Source: Chloroflexota bacterium
GTDB lineage: Bacteria > Chloroflexota > Dehalococcoidia > JACPPY01
Assembly: GCA_016190755.1 (NCBI GenBank)
Contig: JACPPY010000047.1
Coordinates: 13,752-77,751, forward strand
Length of the DNA stretch: 64,000 bases
Reading direction: 5' to 3'
Shown piece after piece: positions 28,322-37,318 of this stretch. The notes beneath the pieces were generated by a model. That model did no database searches and was not told where the DNA came from. It worked only from the letters and a program-made list of their open reading frames with translations. The translations under genes were made by a program, and so were the position numbers. Numbering within the stretch: the first letter of the stretch is position 1; each line of letters begins with the position of its first letter.

Positions 28322-29468
28322 TTTTACCTATGCCCATCCAAATCAGTTCTTCTTCAGGCGTTTCTTTTGCATTGGTATCGGCAATGATTTGCATAATCAG
28401 TTCCGGAGTGATGGGAACACCGCAGATGCCGGCCACATATCCGAAGACCGTCGGCCTCTTCTTTTCGTTGTAAAGAGACGCTTTGAGCTCCATGCACAAG
28501 ATCCCGCCATGACCGTAGGAGAGGTTGCGGTCGATTACCGCGACCTTTTTGGCGTTCTTCAAGGCTTCTACGAGACGGTTCCCGGGAAATGGACGAAACA
28601 TTCTTACTTTCACCAGTCCGACCTTCTGGCCGGACTCCCTCAAACGATCAACAACAAAGCGGGAGGTGCCGGCGACGGTCGACATGGCCACGACAATGGT
28701 TTCCGCGTCTTCCGTCTTGTAACACTCAATGTCGTCATAGCTGCGGCCGAAGATGGACTCGAACTCCCGATCAGCCGTCTTGCGAAATTCGGCGGCGGTC
28801 TCGAGGGCCTCGTGGGTGCGCCGCCGCAGTTTGGCGTTGAACTCCTGGGACATCGCCGGGCCAAAAAGCCTGTGCGGCTTTTTCGGGTCTGCTACGATGG
28901 CATCTTTCCTTCCCGGCAGGTATTTGTCCACCAGTGCGATATCCGGGACAAGCACCGGCTCCGAGGTATGGGATAGATACGATCCGTCCAGGCATACCAT
29001 CACGGGGACGCTCATTTTCTCGGTAATCCTGAACGCCTGGATGATGGTGTCAAAGACCTCCTGGTTGGTCTCGCAGTAAAATATCATCCAGCCGGTATCT
29101 CTCTGGTACAGCGAGGAGTCCTGCTCCGTCCAGTTGTCCGGGGGCGCTCCTATCAGGGCGTCAACAACGGCCATGACCATCGGCAACATACCGCGGCCTA
29201 TCCAGTGGACGACTTCCTCCATGTACATGAGGCCCTGACGCGATGTGGCGGTGAAAGTCCGTGCGCCTACCGAAGACGCCCCGCTTACTGCCGCCAGCAC
29301 TGAATGTTCCGACTCCGCGGGGATGAAACGTGCCTTCAGTTCCCCGGAGCTGACAAACTCGGAAATCTTCTCCACGATGGGGGTCTGCGGCGTGATAGGG
29401 TACGCCGATACCACCTGGACTCGGGAGAGCCTGACAGCATTGGAAACGGCATGGTTCCCCGAAAGCAT
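28299..29468 (-). CDS. 2-oxoacid:ferredoxin oxidoreductase alpha subunit
   Basis: MLSGNHAVSNAVRLSRVQVVSAYPITPQTPI is the PorA N-terminus. Start ambiguous: the ATG at 29468 is used here; the GTG at 29507 (GAGGA RBS) or the ORF-track start at 29576 are alternatives. Confidence 0.8.
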   Translation of the reverse strand: MLSGNHAVSNAVRLSRVQVVSAYPITPQTPIVEKISEFVSSGELKARFIPAESEHSVLAAVSGASSVGARTFTATSRQGLMYMEEVVHWIGRGMLPMVMAVVDALIGAPPDNWTEQDSSLYQRDTGWMIFYCETNQEVFDTIIQAFRITEKMSVPVMVCLDGSYLSHTSEPVLVPDIALVDKYLPGRKDAIVADPKKPHRLFGPAMSQEFNAKLRRRTHEALETAAEFRKTADREFESIFGRSYDDIECYKTEDAETIVVAMSTVAGTSRFVVDRLRESGQKVGLVKVRMFRPFPGNRLVEALKNAKKVAVIDRNLSYGHGGILCMELKASLYNEKKRPTVFGYVAGICGVPITPELIMQIIADTNAKETPEEELIWMGIGKSEKVKAV

Positions 29469-29491
29469 TACGTAGGTGCCTTTGGTCCTGT

Positions 29492-31183
29492 CTACTGAAC
29501 TTGCCACTTGGTTTCCTCTTCCATCGCAATAACTCCGCGCGGACACTCCTGGGCGCAAATACCGCATCCCTTGCAAAACTCAAGCGCGACTTTGAGTTGC
29601 GCGCCATCCTGCAACACAGCCCCGTCAGGGCAGAACAGCCAGCAGTTGGCGCACTTATTGCATCCGCCACACTCCATACAGCGCCCGGCCTCTTTCACGA
29701 CCTTGGCTTTCGACAGCCCTTCAGCAACCTCGGCAAAAGAGGTTGCCCTTGCTGACGGCGCAAGTGATTTGCCTTCCTGCCGGGGCTGCCGCGAAAAGTA
29801 CGCCAGGTTCATTTGCTCGAATTGGACGATTTCACCCGTTTTGCTAACTGGATACTCTTTTCCTGACAAATAGACGTCGATGGAGATGGCGGCTTTCCTG
29901 CCTGACCCAATAGCCAGGGCTACTGTCGCAGGCCCGGTGGCACAATCCCCCGCGGCGAAGACACCCTTCCTGGACGTCAGAAGGTTTTCATCGACAGCCA
30001 CATTTCCCTGGCCATCGGTCTCGATTCCGTTCGCGGTGTAAAGGTGTGCATCAGTAAACTGTCCGATGGCGGGGATCACGGCGTCCGCCTCGACTTCAAA
30101 GCCTGGACCCTTGGCGGCAATTGCCTGCTTTCTGCCCGAACCATCTTTCTGCCCCAGTTCCATTTGCTCGCACTGAACGACCAATCTGCCGTTCCGGCTC
30201 TTGAGCCCAACCGGTGAAGCCAGAAATTGTATGCGAACCCCCTCATCCAGCGCGGCCTGCGCCTCTTCCTCGTTGGCGGGCATTTCTTTTCGGCTGCGGC
30301 GGTAAAGTATCAAGGGCCGAGCGCCAAGACGCAAGGCGCAGCGGGCGGAGTCGATGGCGACGTTCCCGCCGCCTATCACCACGACCTCCTTATTCCGCCA
30401 CTGAGCATGCGTGGCAGGTCTAGCCAGGAATTCAATGCCCTGAATGACGCCGGGCAGGTTTTCACCGGCGATATTGAGCTGGCGGCCTTTTTGATATCCG
30501 GTGGCCAGCAGCACGGCGAGATAGCCTTGGTCAAACAGGTCGTCCAGGCCTTTTTCGTTTCCCACAGCCATACAGGTCTTGATCTCCAGCCCGAACCTTT
30601 GGAGAAATTCGATCTGCTTGGCGAGTATTTTCCTGGGCAGCCGGTACTCCGGAATCCCAACGGCAAGCATTCCTCCTGCCACCGAAGAAGCCTCGAAAAC
30701 CGTCGTCGGGTAGCCCAGCTTGCTAAGGTAGTAGCCGCAGGTGATGCCCGCCGGCCCTGAGCCCACGATAGCTACTTTCTCTTTGCGTGCCTTGACCTTT
30801 GGCCTGCGCGAAGACTGCCGCAAAGCAAAGTCCCCGACAGATCTCTCTATCGAGTGGATGTTCAGCGCTGAGTCAAGGCCCTTGCGGTTGCAGTCGACTT
30901 CGCACGGATGATAGCAGACCCGTCCCGTAATGGCCGGCATAGGATTGTTTAGCTCGATGATCTTCCAGGCTTCTCCGAAGTCCTGTTTGCGGACAAACTC
31001 AAGGTATTGACGGATATCTATACCGGCCGGACAGGCTCCGCTACAAGGAGGAGTCCTGTTTCTCAATATTGGTCTCAAAAACCGCCATTCGCCGGTCTTG
31101 CGGCGTGCTCTGGCGATGATCTCTGGCTCAAGATAAGCCGGGTGCAGCAGACTGTCCGGCAGAACGACTTTATTATTCTCCAC
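29492..31183 (-). CDS. GltD/NfnB-like NAD(P)H-dependent FAD/Fe-S oxidoreductase with C-terminal 2x[4Fe-4S] ferredoxin (PorD-like delta) domain
   Basis: N-terminal GltD Fe-S domain (CSGACPAGIDIRQY...CYHPCEVDC), a Rossmann motif (VAIVGSGPAGITCGYYL), and a C-terminal CMECGGCNKCANCWLFCP...CKGCGICAQECP. Sits between PorG and PorA, where the delta ferredoxin normally lies. Confidence 0.8.
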   Translation of the reverse strand: MENNKVVLPDSLLHPAYLEPEIIARARRKTGEWRFLRPILRNRTPPCSGACPAGIDIRQYLEFVRKQDFGEAWKIIELNNPMPAITGRVCYHPCEVDCNRKGLDSALNIHSIERSVGDFALRQSSRRPKVKARKEKVAIVGSGPAGITCGYYLSKLGYPTTVFEASSVAGGMLAVGIPEYRLPRKILAKQIEFLQRFGLEIKTCMAVGNEKGLDDLFDQGYLAVLLATGYQKGRQLNIAGENLPGVIQGIEFLARPATHAQWRNKEVVVIGGGNVAIDSARCALRLGARPLILYRRSRKEMPANEEEAQAALDEGVRIQFLASPVGLKSRNGRLVVQCEQMELGQKDGSGRKQAIAAKGPGFEVEADAVIPAIGQFTDAHLYTANGIETDGQGNVAVDENLLTSRKGVFAAGDCATGPATVALAIGSGRKAAISIDVYLSGKEYPVSKTGEIVQFEQMNLAYFSRQPRQEGKSLAPSARATSFAEVAEGLSKAKVVKEAGRCMECGGCNKCANCWLFCPDGAVLQDGAQLKVALEFCKGCGICAQECPRGVIAMEEETKWQVQ

Positions 31184-31200
31184 TTTTTACCTCAGACCTT

Positions 31201-31758
31201 TTAGCTTGCCGCTATCTGGATGGACTCGTAAGCTCCCTTAGCCGCAGCAACATTCTCTTCCTTACGGCCCGGGACTATCTCGCGTATGGCGTTGGCAAGG
31301 CTATCCAGGCTCACCAGCTTGATGACCTTGATCAGTCCACCCAGTATGGCTGTATTGACTATGGGAGACTGCGGGGAGCCAAGCCCATGCTTCGCGGCGA
31401 TGGCGCCGGCATCGCAGAAGGCGATTTTGGACCCTGGAGGGAAGTCAGAAGCCTTGGGCCGGGAGGCGGAGTTCATCACAATCCACCCACCGGGCTTGAG
31501 GCCAGCGGTTACGGGAACGTTCTTGATGAGAGTCGGGTCTAGGATAACGATATGGTCTGGCTTGAAAATCTCGCCCCTGATCAGCACCCTATCGGGATCG
31601 GTGCGTAAAAAGGCCTGTACCGGGGCACCCCTTCTTTCCGCACCGAAAAGCGAGGATGCCTGGGCATACTGGTGTTCTTTCAGCAAGGCAAGGGCGAGTA
31701 TGTCGCAAGCAACTACTGCACCCTGTCCTCCCCTGCCATGGAACCGGATTTCTATCAC
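31201..31758 (-). CDS. 2-oxoacid:ferredoxin oxidoreductase gamma subunit
   Basis: [22 protein letters not shown] is the PorG N-terminus. Confidence 0.85.
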
Positions 31759-31802
31759 TTCCTTAACCTTCTTCTATGCTTTCGGGTTTCCAGGCCAGGA
31801 CT

Positions 31803-32648
31803 CTATATCCCGGCCAATTCTTCTACCATCATGTCGGTTACGAACATATGACCCGGCCAATGGGTAATCATGAGAGGCAGCTTTGCCTCCAGCGCGACCG
31901 CTTGCGGAGTTATACCGCAGCCCCAGAACATCGTTACCTCCTCCGGCTTTTTGGGCTCAACAGGCCAGGGAGGGGCATATGCATCGGGCTTATCCAGGTC
32001 TTTAATTCCGATCGCCTTCTCATCCCCGATGTGCACTGGAGGCCCGTGGAAAGCCGGGTAGCGCGAGGAAATCTGTACCGCCCGGATTGCCGCCTGCGCA
32101 CTGGCAAATGCCCGGCCGGATACCGCCATCCGACCGCGAAAATGCCCGGCGGGGACACAGGGTATATCCGTAAAATAATCGCCCAGAAGCCGGTATTTTA
32201 TGTTGGCCGCTTCAAGCGCCCAATCGAAGCTGATGCTGCATCCGAGGAGAAACGCCACCAGGTCGTCCCGCCAGTAGGCGCTGATATTGACGGGCTCATC
32301 GATGAGCTTGCCGTCACGGAATACCCGGTATTTGGGTATATCTGTTTTCAGGTCGGCTTCAGGGGCCACGGACCTGGGGTGCGGGTCGCCCGGGTCCGTG
32401 ACATCCAGCACCGGGCAGGGCCGCGGGTTCCTTTTGCAGAAGAGCATGAACTCGAAGGCGTACTTCTCGGGCACGATAGCCAGGTTAGCGAGAGCATAGC
32501 CCTGGCAGACCTTCAGCGCGTTCGGCCCGGACCATTGGCCCTGTCGTACCTTGCTGCGGAAGTCCGCCGGCTTCATAGCCAGCCACTCTGCTTCTGTCAG
32601 GTTCAAAAGGGTCTCCTTGCTCACTTCATCCTGAACCAGATTCGACAA
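31803..32648 (-). CDS. DUF1445 family protein (putative hydro-lyase; D-glutamate-cyclase-like), paralog 1
   Basis: 281 aa. Clearly paralogous to 34574..35386, with shared blocks PKYRVF.DG.LIDEP, YWRDDLV.FLLGC and RYP..HG.P.H.G. Family assignment is from memory of DUF1445/UPF0317 proteins. Confidence 0.65.
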   Translation of the reverse strand: MSNLVQDEVSKETLLNLTEAEWLAMKPADFRSKVRQGQWSGPNALKVCQGYALANLAIVPEKYAFEFMLFCKRNPRPCPVLDVTDPGDPHPRSVAPEADLKTDIPKYRVFRDGKLIDEPVNISAYWRDDLVAFLLGCSISFDWALEAANIKYRLLGDYFTDIPCVPAGHFRGRMAVSGRAFASAQAAIRAVQISSRYPAFHGPPVHIGDEKAIGIKDLDKPDAYAPPWPVEPKKPEEVTMFWGCGITPQAVALEAKLPLMITHWPGHMFVTDMMVEELAGI

Positions 32649-32657
32649 GGTTATGCT

Positions 32658-33095
32658 TTATACTGCCCTTTCTATATACGATTGAATGTTTGAAAGCACC
32701 ATTGCAGTGTACGATTTCATCTTCCATAGAAGGAACAGTCTGAAGAATAGCGGCATTTTTGTCAAGTCCACACTGGCAACCACTTCAGTCTTGCCATCCT
32801 GAACTGGCGCCAGCCTTATGCGCGTTGTCTGGGTCGTGGTAATAAGCCCAGGGCTGGTGCGCGCGCAAACCTTTGCCTCCAGGCCAGCAGGCGGGTTAAC
32901 ATTCTCCATGGCTATGGTCAGGCGCAAAGGCAGGGTAAAAAACAGCATTTTTAGGCGGACGATCCCCTTAACGTTGTTCTCATCAATGATTTGCATCTGT
33001 TCCAGGGACAGCGACTGGAACAAAGCATCACCCACAGCTCCCCAAACTTTTTGCTGGTCTCCATCGACAGTAAACCTTTTCTGAGCGATGAGCAT
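32658..33095 (-). CDS. Hypothetical protein (145 aa), possibly SRPBCC/CoxG-like
   Basis: ORF only; no strong motif. Tightly packed between the FAD oxidoreductase and DUF1445. Confidence 0.4.
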   Translation of the reverse strand: MLIAQKRFTVDGDQQKVWGAVGDALFQSLSLEQMQIIDENNVKGIVRLKMLFFTLPLRLTIAMENVNPPAGLEAKVCARTSPGLITTTQTTRIRLAPVQDGKTEVVASVDLTKMPLFFRLFLLWKMKSYTAMVLSNIQSYIERAV

Positions 33096-33096
33096 A

Positions 33097-34542
33097 CTAA
33101 TTTTCGATTACCGGGCTATTAGCCGCGTTGTTGCCGGCTATTTGACCGAACACGATGCACTCGGCGATGTTGCAGGCCGTCTGGTATCCGAAACCCCACA
33201 AAGAACCAAGCTCTCCGGCTGCGAATAGCCCCGCTATCGGTTTCCCTTCGGTGTCCAGGACTCTTGCTTCCTTATCACGCCGCGGCCCGCCCTGAGTGTT
33301 CAGTAACGTCGGCCAGAGCTGTATGGCATAATAAGGCCCCTGGATGTGTTTCAGGTGCTCCTTCGCCCTTCCAAAATCGGCATCGCTGCCCGCCTTGCAT
33401 TGTTCGTTGTACCGGTTGATCGTCGCCTCCAGGGAGCCTTGCTCGACACCGATCTTTTGTGCAAGCTCAGAAAGCTTCTTGGCACTTGTGATCCAGCCCT
33501 TTTTGATCTCCTCCTTATTATCGAGGCTCCATTTGTACTTGTTCTTGTTGTAACCGGAGGTGCCCGGATTCATTGGTCCGGCACGCACCACTTCTTCGTC
33601 GAAAATGGCGTGGAAGGGTATGCGCGGAAAATCGAAATGCTCGTCATCGAACGCGGACAGGAGATTGCCATAGACATGCGAATCCACACCTGTTTCGTTC
33701 ACGAACCTACTGCCGCGTTTGTCGACGTAGATGAACCCCAGCCGGAAGAAAAAGATCCCGAAAGCGGCCTCAAATCCCGGGGCCTGGAAGCCCAATCCGC
33801 ACGATAGCCGGGTCATGTGCCATAGGTCGGCACCGATCTTCTGCACCATCCTTATGCCGTCGCCGGTATTTCCCGGGTTCCCCATGAAGCGCACAGGTTT
33901 AGCCGGCAGATAGTCCCACTTCAAGGCATCGTTGTTTTCATAGCCGCCGCAGGTCAGGATCACACCTTTCCGGGCTTTTACGGTCATACCGGACTCCGTA
34001 AGAACTCCTGATATTTGTCCCCTGCCGTTCTTCACCAGCTCCACCGCCCGACTGTTAAACAGGACTTTTATTCCCCGGCTGTTGACGTTTCCCGAAAGCA
34101 GCTTCCACAGCCGCTCGGCAGGGGTGCCTTCGCTGCCCGAGCCCTTCACGCAGTATCTTTGAATATTTTCTCCGCCGGCGACATGTGGAAAAGTGGTCGA
34201 TCCCTTTTGCAGCGGGTAGGCCGCAGCCAGTAGTTCAAATGGCTGTAGCTCCCCGCCAAGCTTCCTGATCCAGGCAGGTATCTCAATCGTTCCCTTTACA
34301 AAGACCTCGAGGGCGTCCCTGGGGGTCGTCTTGAAAGAAATAGTATCGAGGTAGTCCAGAAAACGCATGTCCCTGGGAATAATGATGTTGGCGCCGCCGA
34401 CCTTGCTGTTGCCCCCACCCTCCGCCATTTTTTCCAGCACCGCTACATTGGCGCCCGCGTCATGGGCCGAGATCGCCGCAGCGGCCCCGGCGGCCCCGTA
34501 TCCTACAACCACGACATCTGTTTCAATGTTTTCTTGAACCAT
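33097..34542 (-). CDS. FAD-dependent oxidoreductase (FAD_binding_2; fumarate-reductase/3-ketosteroid-dehydrogenase-like, soluble)
   Basis: N-terminal VVVGYGAAGAAAAISAHDAGANVAVLEK dinucleotide-binding motif; 481 aa. Confidence 0.75.
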   Translation of the reverse strand: MVQENIETDVVVVGYGAAGAAAAISAHDAGANVAVLEKMAEGGGNSKVGGANIIIPRDMRFLDYLDTISFKTTPRDALEVFVKGTIEIPAWIRKLGGELQPFELLAAAYPLQKGSTTFPHVAGGENIQRYCVKGSGSEGTPAERLWKLLSGNVNSRGIKVLFNSRAVELVKNGRGQISGVLTESGMTVKARKGVILTCGGYENNDALKWDYLPAKPVRFMGNPGNTGDGIRMVQKIGADLWHMTRLSCGLGFQAPGFEAAFGIFFFRLGFIYVDKRGSRFVNETGVDSHVYGNLLSAFDDEHFDFPRIPFHAIFDEEVVRAGPMNPGTSGYNKNKYKWSLDNKEEIKKGWITSAKKLSELAQKIGVEQGSLEATINRYNEQCKAGSDADFGRAKEHLKHIQGPYYAIQLWPTLLNTQGGPRRDKEARVLDTEGKPIAGLFAAGELGSLWGFGYQTACNIAECIVFGQIAGNNAANSPVIEN

Positions 34543-34573
34543 GGTTTTTCCCTTTGTCTCCAGTGAGCTGGCT

Positions 34574-35386
34574 TCAGGACGACGACAGCTCTTCCAAGAC
34601 CATGTCGGTGATAAACATGTGCGCCGGGCAATGGGTTATCATCAAGGGCAGCCTGGCTTCTTTGGCAACGTTAGTCACCGTTGCAGCCGCATCCCAGTAC
34701 AGCGCCACCTCGTTCGGTTTCGGAGGCACAATGGGTAACGGCACGGTCGTAACATCTGGATGGCACAGGTCTTTTATTCCCACTCCATCCGGACTTCCCA
34801 TATGGATCGGCGCGCCATGAGCCATCGGGTACCGGGATGAGACCTGGATGGCGCGAACCGCATCCAAGGCCGTCTCAAAAAGCCGGCAGCCAAGGACGAC
34901 ACCGCCCCGGAAAGGCCCGCAGGGTATACAGTTTACGCTCGTATTGAAGTAGGCCCCCAGCATGCGGTACTTGATGTTGGCGCTGCGGAAATACCAGTCC
35001 ATGCTGAGAGCGCAACCGAGGAGGAAACATACCAGGTCGTCCCGCCAGTATTTCTTGATATCGGTCGGCTCGTCGATCAGGACGCCATCCTGGAAAACAC
35101 GGTATTTGGGCAGGTCGGTGCGCAGGTCGGCGTTATCGGCGGTTTTCCTGGTAAAGGGGTCCCCGGGTTCCGTCACCTCCATAACCGGGAAGGTGCGCGG
35201 ATTCCGCTGGCAAAAGGTCGAGAAATCTAATGCGTATTCTTTGGGAACAACCGCCAGATTGGCCTGGGCATAATTCCGGCAGGCGTTTTCGGTCTGGCCT
35301 GACCAGGCGCCCTGCCTGACAATGCTACGGAAACCGGCGGGTGGCATCATCGCGATTTCCTCAACCCTGAATGCGCCTTTTTTCAC
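34574..35386 (-). CDS. DUF1445 family protein (putative hydro-lyase), paralog 2
   Basis: 270 aa, paralog of 31803..32648. Confidence 0.65.
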   Translation of the reverse strand: MKKGAFRVEEIAMMPPAGFRSIVRQGAWSGQTENACRNYAQANLAVVPKEYALDFSTFCQRNPRTFPVMEVTEPGDPFTRKTADNADLRTDLPKYRVFQDGVLIDEPTDIKKYWRDDLVCFLLGCALSMDWYFRSANIKYRMLGAYFNTSVNCIPCGPFRGGVVLGCRLFETALDAVRAIQVSSRYPMAHGAPIHMGSPDGVGIKDLCHPDVTTVPLPIVPPKPNEVALYWDAAATVTNVAKEARLPLMITHCPAHMFITDMVLEELSSS

Positions 35387-35745
35387 ACCACTGTTCCCAT
35401 CACTTATTTCGATTACGTTAATTCAGTGTTAGCGCCAGCTACAGTATGTTCTTCGGGTATCGGTAGGCAAAGCTTGATTTTGAACAAAAAAGCCAGATAA
35501 TCCTTAAATAATTTCCTGGGGGAGCTACACGTCAAATTAGAAATATCATAGCATACACGTCAAGCTGGTTTGAGTTGATCATGTCAAGGCCGGGACACCC
35601 GGGACCCAGTTGACGTTTTACCTGTTTCTCACTACACTCACTTAGTCTCTGGCCTTCAGGTGGGCTGCGACGGCCAACCTGCAACATCCCACAGGCAGGA
35701 GAGTATGTCAAAAAGCCTGACAGGTTCACAACCGAACAGGAGAAT

Positions 35746-36786
35746 GTGGACAGTGACATGCGGGTAGCGATGTACTACTCCAACCGCGATGTGCGCACCG
35801 AAGAGATGCCGGTGCCTGATGTCAAGTGTGGGGAGCTTCTGGTGCGCGTCGAGGCCGCTGGGATTTGCGGTAGCGATGTCATGGAGTGGTACCGCAAGGA
35901 CAGAGTGCCCCTGGTACTGGGACATGAGATTGGCGGGACAGTCGCCTCCGTCGGCGAGGGTGTCGAGCGCTACAAAGTTGGCGACCGGGTCACGGCGGCA
36001 CACCACGTGCCGTGCAATACCTGTCATTACTGCCTGAATGGACAGCACACCTCCTGCGATACCTTGCGACACACGAACTTCGACCCCGGCGGCTTTGCAC
36101 AGTACCTTCGCGTTCCGGTGATAAATGTTGACCGCGGCGTGTTCAAGCTGCCCGGCGAGGTATCCTTTGAGGACGCAACCTTTGTCGAGCCCCTGGCCTG
36201 CGTGCTACGCGGGCAGCGCCGGGCCGGGCTGAAGCCCGGAAACAGCGTGCTGGTCATTGGCAGCGGCATAACCGGGCTGCTGCACATAAGGCTGGCACGT
36301 GCGCTCGGCGCGGGCCGAATCGTGGCAACCGACGTGACCGGGTACCGTCTGGACATGGCGCGGAGATCCGGCGCCGATATGGCAATCCATGCCAGTGACG
36401 ACGTACCCGGGCGGCTCCGAGAGGCGAACGGCGGGCGCCTGGCTGATATCGTCATCGCCTGTACTGGGGCGGCTTCGGCGCTGGAGCAGGCGCTGCATTC
36501 CGTGGAGCGTGGCGGCACACTGCTGGTCTTCGCCCCTACAGACCCGGGCTACAGGATGCCACTATCGATCAACGACTTCTTCTGGCGCAACGACGTCACT
36601 ATCACTACCTCGTACGCCGGCAGCCCGGCTGACTATGCCACCGCACTTGAGCTGATAAGGTCTGGCGCTGTTCGCGTTCGGGACATGGTGACCCATCGCT
36701 TGCCATTGGCCAAAGCGGGAGAGGGCTTCAAGCTGGTCGTCAGCGGGCAGGAATCGGTCAAGGTCATAGTACTGCCGAACATGTGA
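35746..36786 (+). CDS. Zinc-dependent medium-chain alcohol dehydrogenase (threonine/sorbitol-dehydrogenase-like)
   Basis: GHEIGGTV and CNTCHYCLNGQHTSC Zn motifs, plus a GSGITG NAD motif. Start is either the GTG at 35746 or the ATG at 35758. Confidence 0.85.
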   Translation: MDSDMRVAMYYSNRDVRTEEMPVPDVKCGELLVRVEAAGICGSDVMEWYRKDRVPLVLGHEIGGTVASVGEGVERYKVGDRVTAAHHVPCNTCHYCLNGQHTSCDTLRHTNFDPGGFAQYLRVPVINVDRGVFKLPGEVSFEDATFVEPLACVLRGQRRAGLKPGNSVLVIGSGITGLLHIRLARALGAGRIVATDVTGYRLDMARRSGADMAIHASDDVPGRLREANGGRLADIVIACTGAASALEQALHSVERGGTLLVFAPTDPGYRMPLSINDFFWRNDVTITTSYAGSPADYATALELIRSGAVRVRDMVTHRLPLAKAGEGFKLVVSGQESVKVIVLPNM

Positions 36787-36808
36787 CAAGAAGCGGAAGG
36801 CATATGAC

Positions 36809-37096
36809 ATGCTTGCCAACTACGGCTATGCCGATGGGTCCGGTGAGTTCTTCATCACCATAGACACCGACAGGTGCGACGGCTGCGGCCGTTGCGTGCA
36901 GGCCTGCCCGGCGGGTGTCTTCGAGGTGGGGCAGGACGACAACGACCCTCTGCGCGACCAACTCGTGGCGCGAGTAGCCGATGCACAACGCAGGCAGATA
37001 GCCTTCGCCTGCGCGCCGTGCAAGTCCGCCTCCGGGCGCAGGCCTCTGCCATGCCAGGCAGCCTGCCCCAAGGACGCTATCGCACACTCCTGGTAA
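36809..37096 (+). CDS. 4Fe-4S ferredoxin-domain protein
   Basis: CDGCGRCVQACP plus a second Cys group (CAPC...CQAACP); 95 aa. Confidence 0.6.
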   Translation: MLANYGYADGSGEFFITIDTDRCDGCGRCVQACPAGVFEVGQDDNDPLRDQLVARVADAQRRQIAFACAPCKSASGRRPLPCQAACPKDAIAHSW

Positions 37097-37265
37097 ACCC
37101 GGTGACAAACACCAGGACCTTTCCGTACTCCCTGAGCCGACTGCCAGCCAAGATATGGTTTGTACCAAATGATGATAAAGGAGCCGCGAACCATACCCGG
37201 CGGCCCGGGGTGTTTGGGTACTTCCCCCGGTTGGGAGTATCTTTGCCGCTATTGGCAAAAGAGAA

Positions 37266-37292
37266 GGGGGACGCGCCGGCGGCGCGTCCCCC
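37266..37292 (-). terminator. Rho-independent terminator of the protease gene (12-bp GC stem, 3-nt loop, U-tract on minus strand)
   Basis: gggggacgcgcc-ggc-ggcgcgtccccc, followed on the minus strand by ttctcttttg. Confidence 0.6.
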
Positions 37293-37318
37293 TGTGGGGC
37301 TCGGTAGATGCGGGAGAG

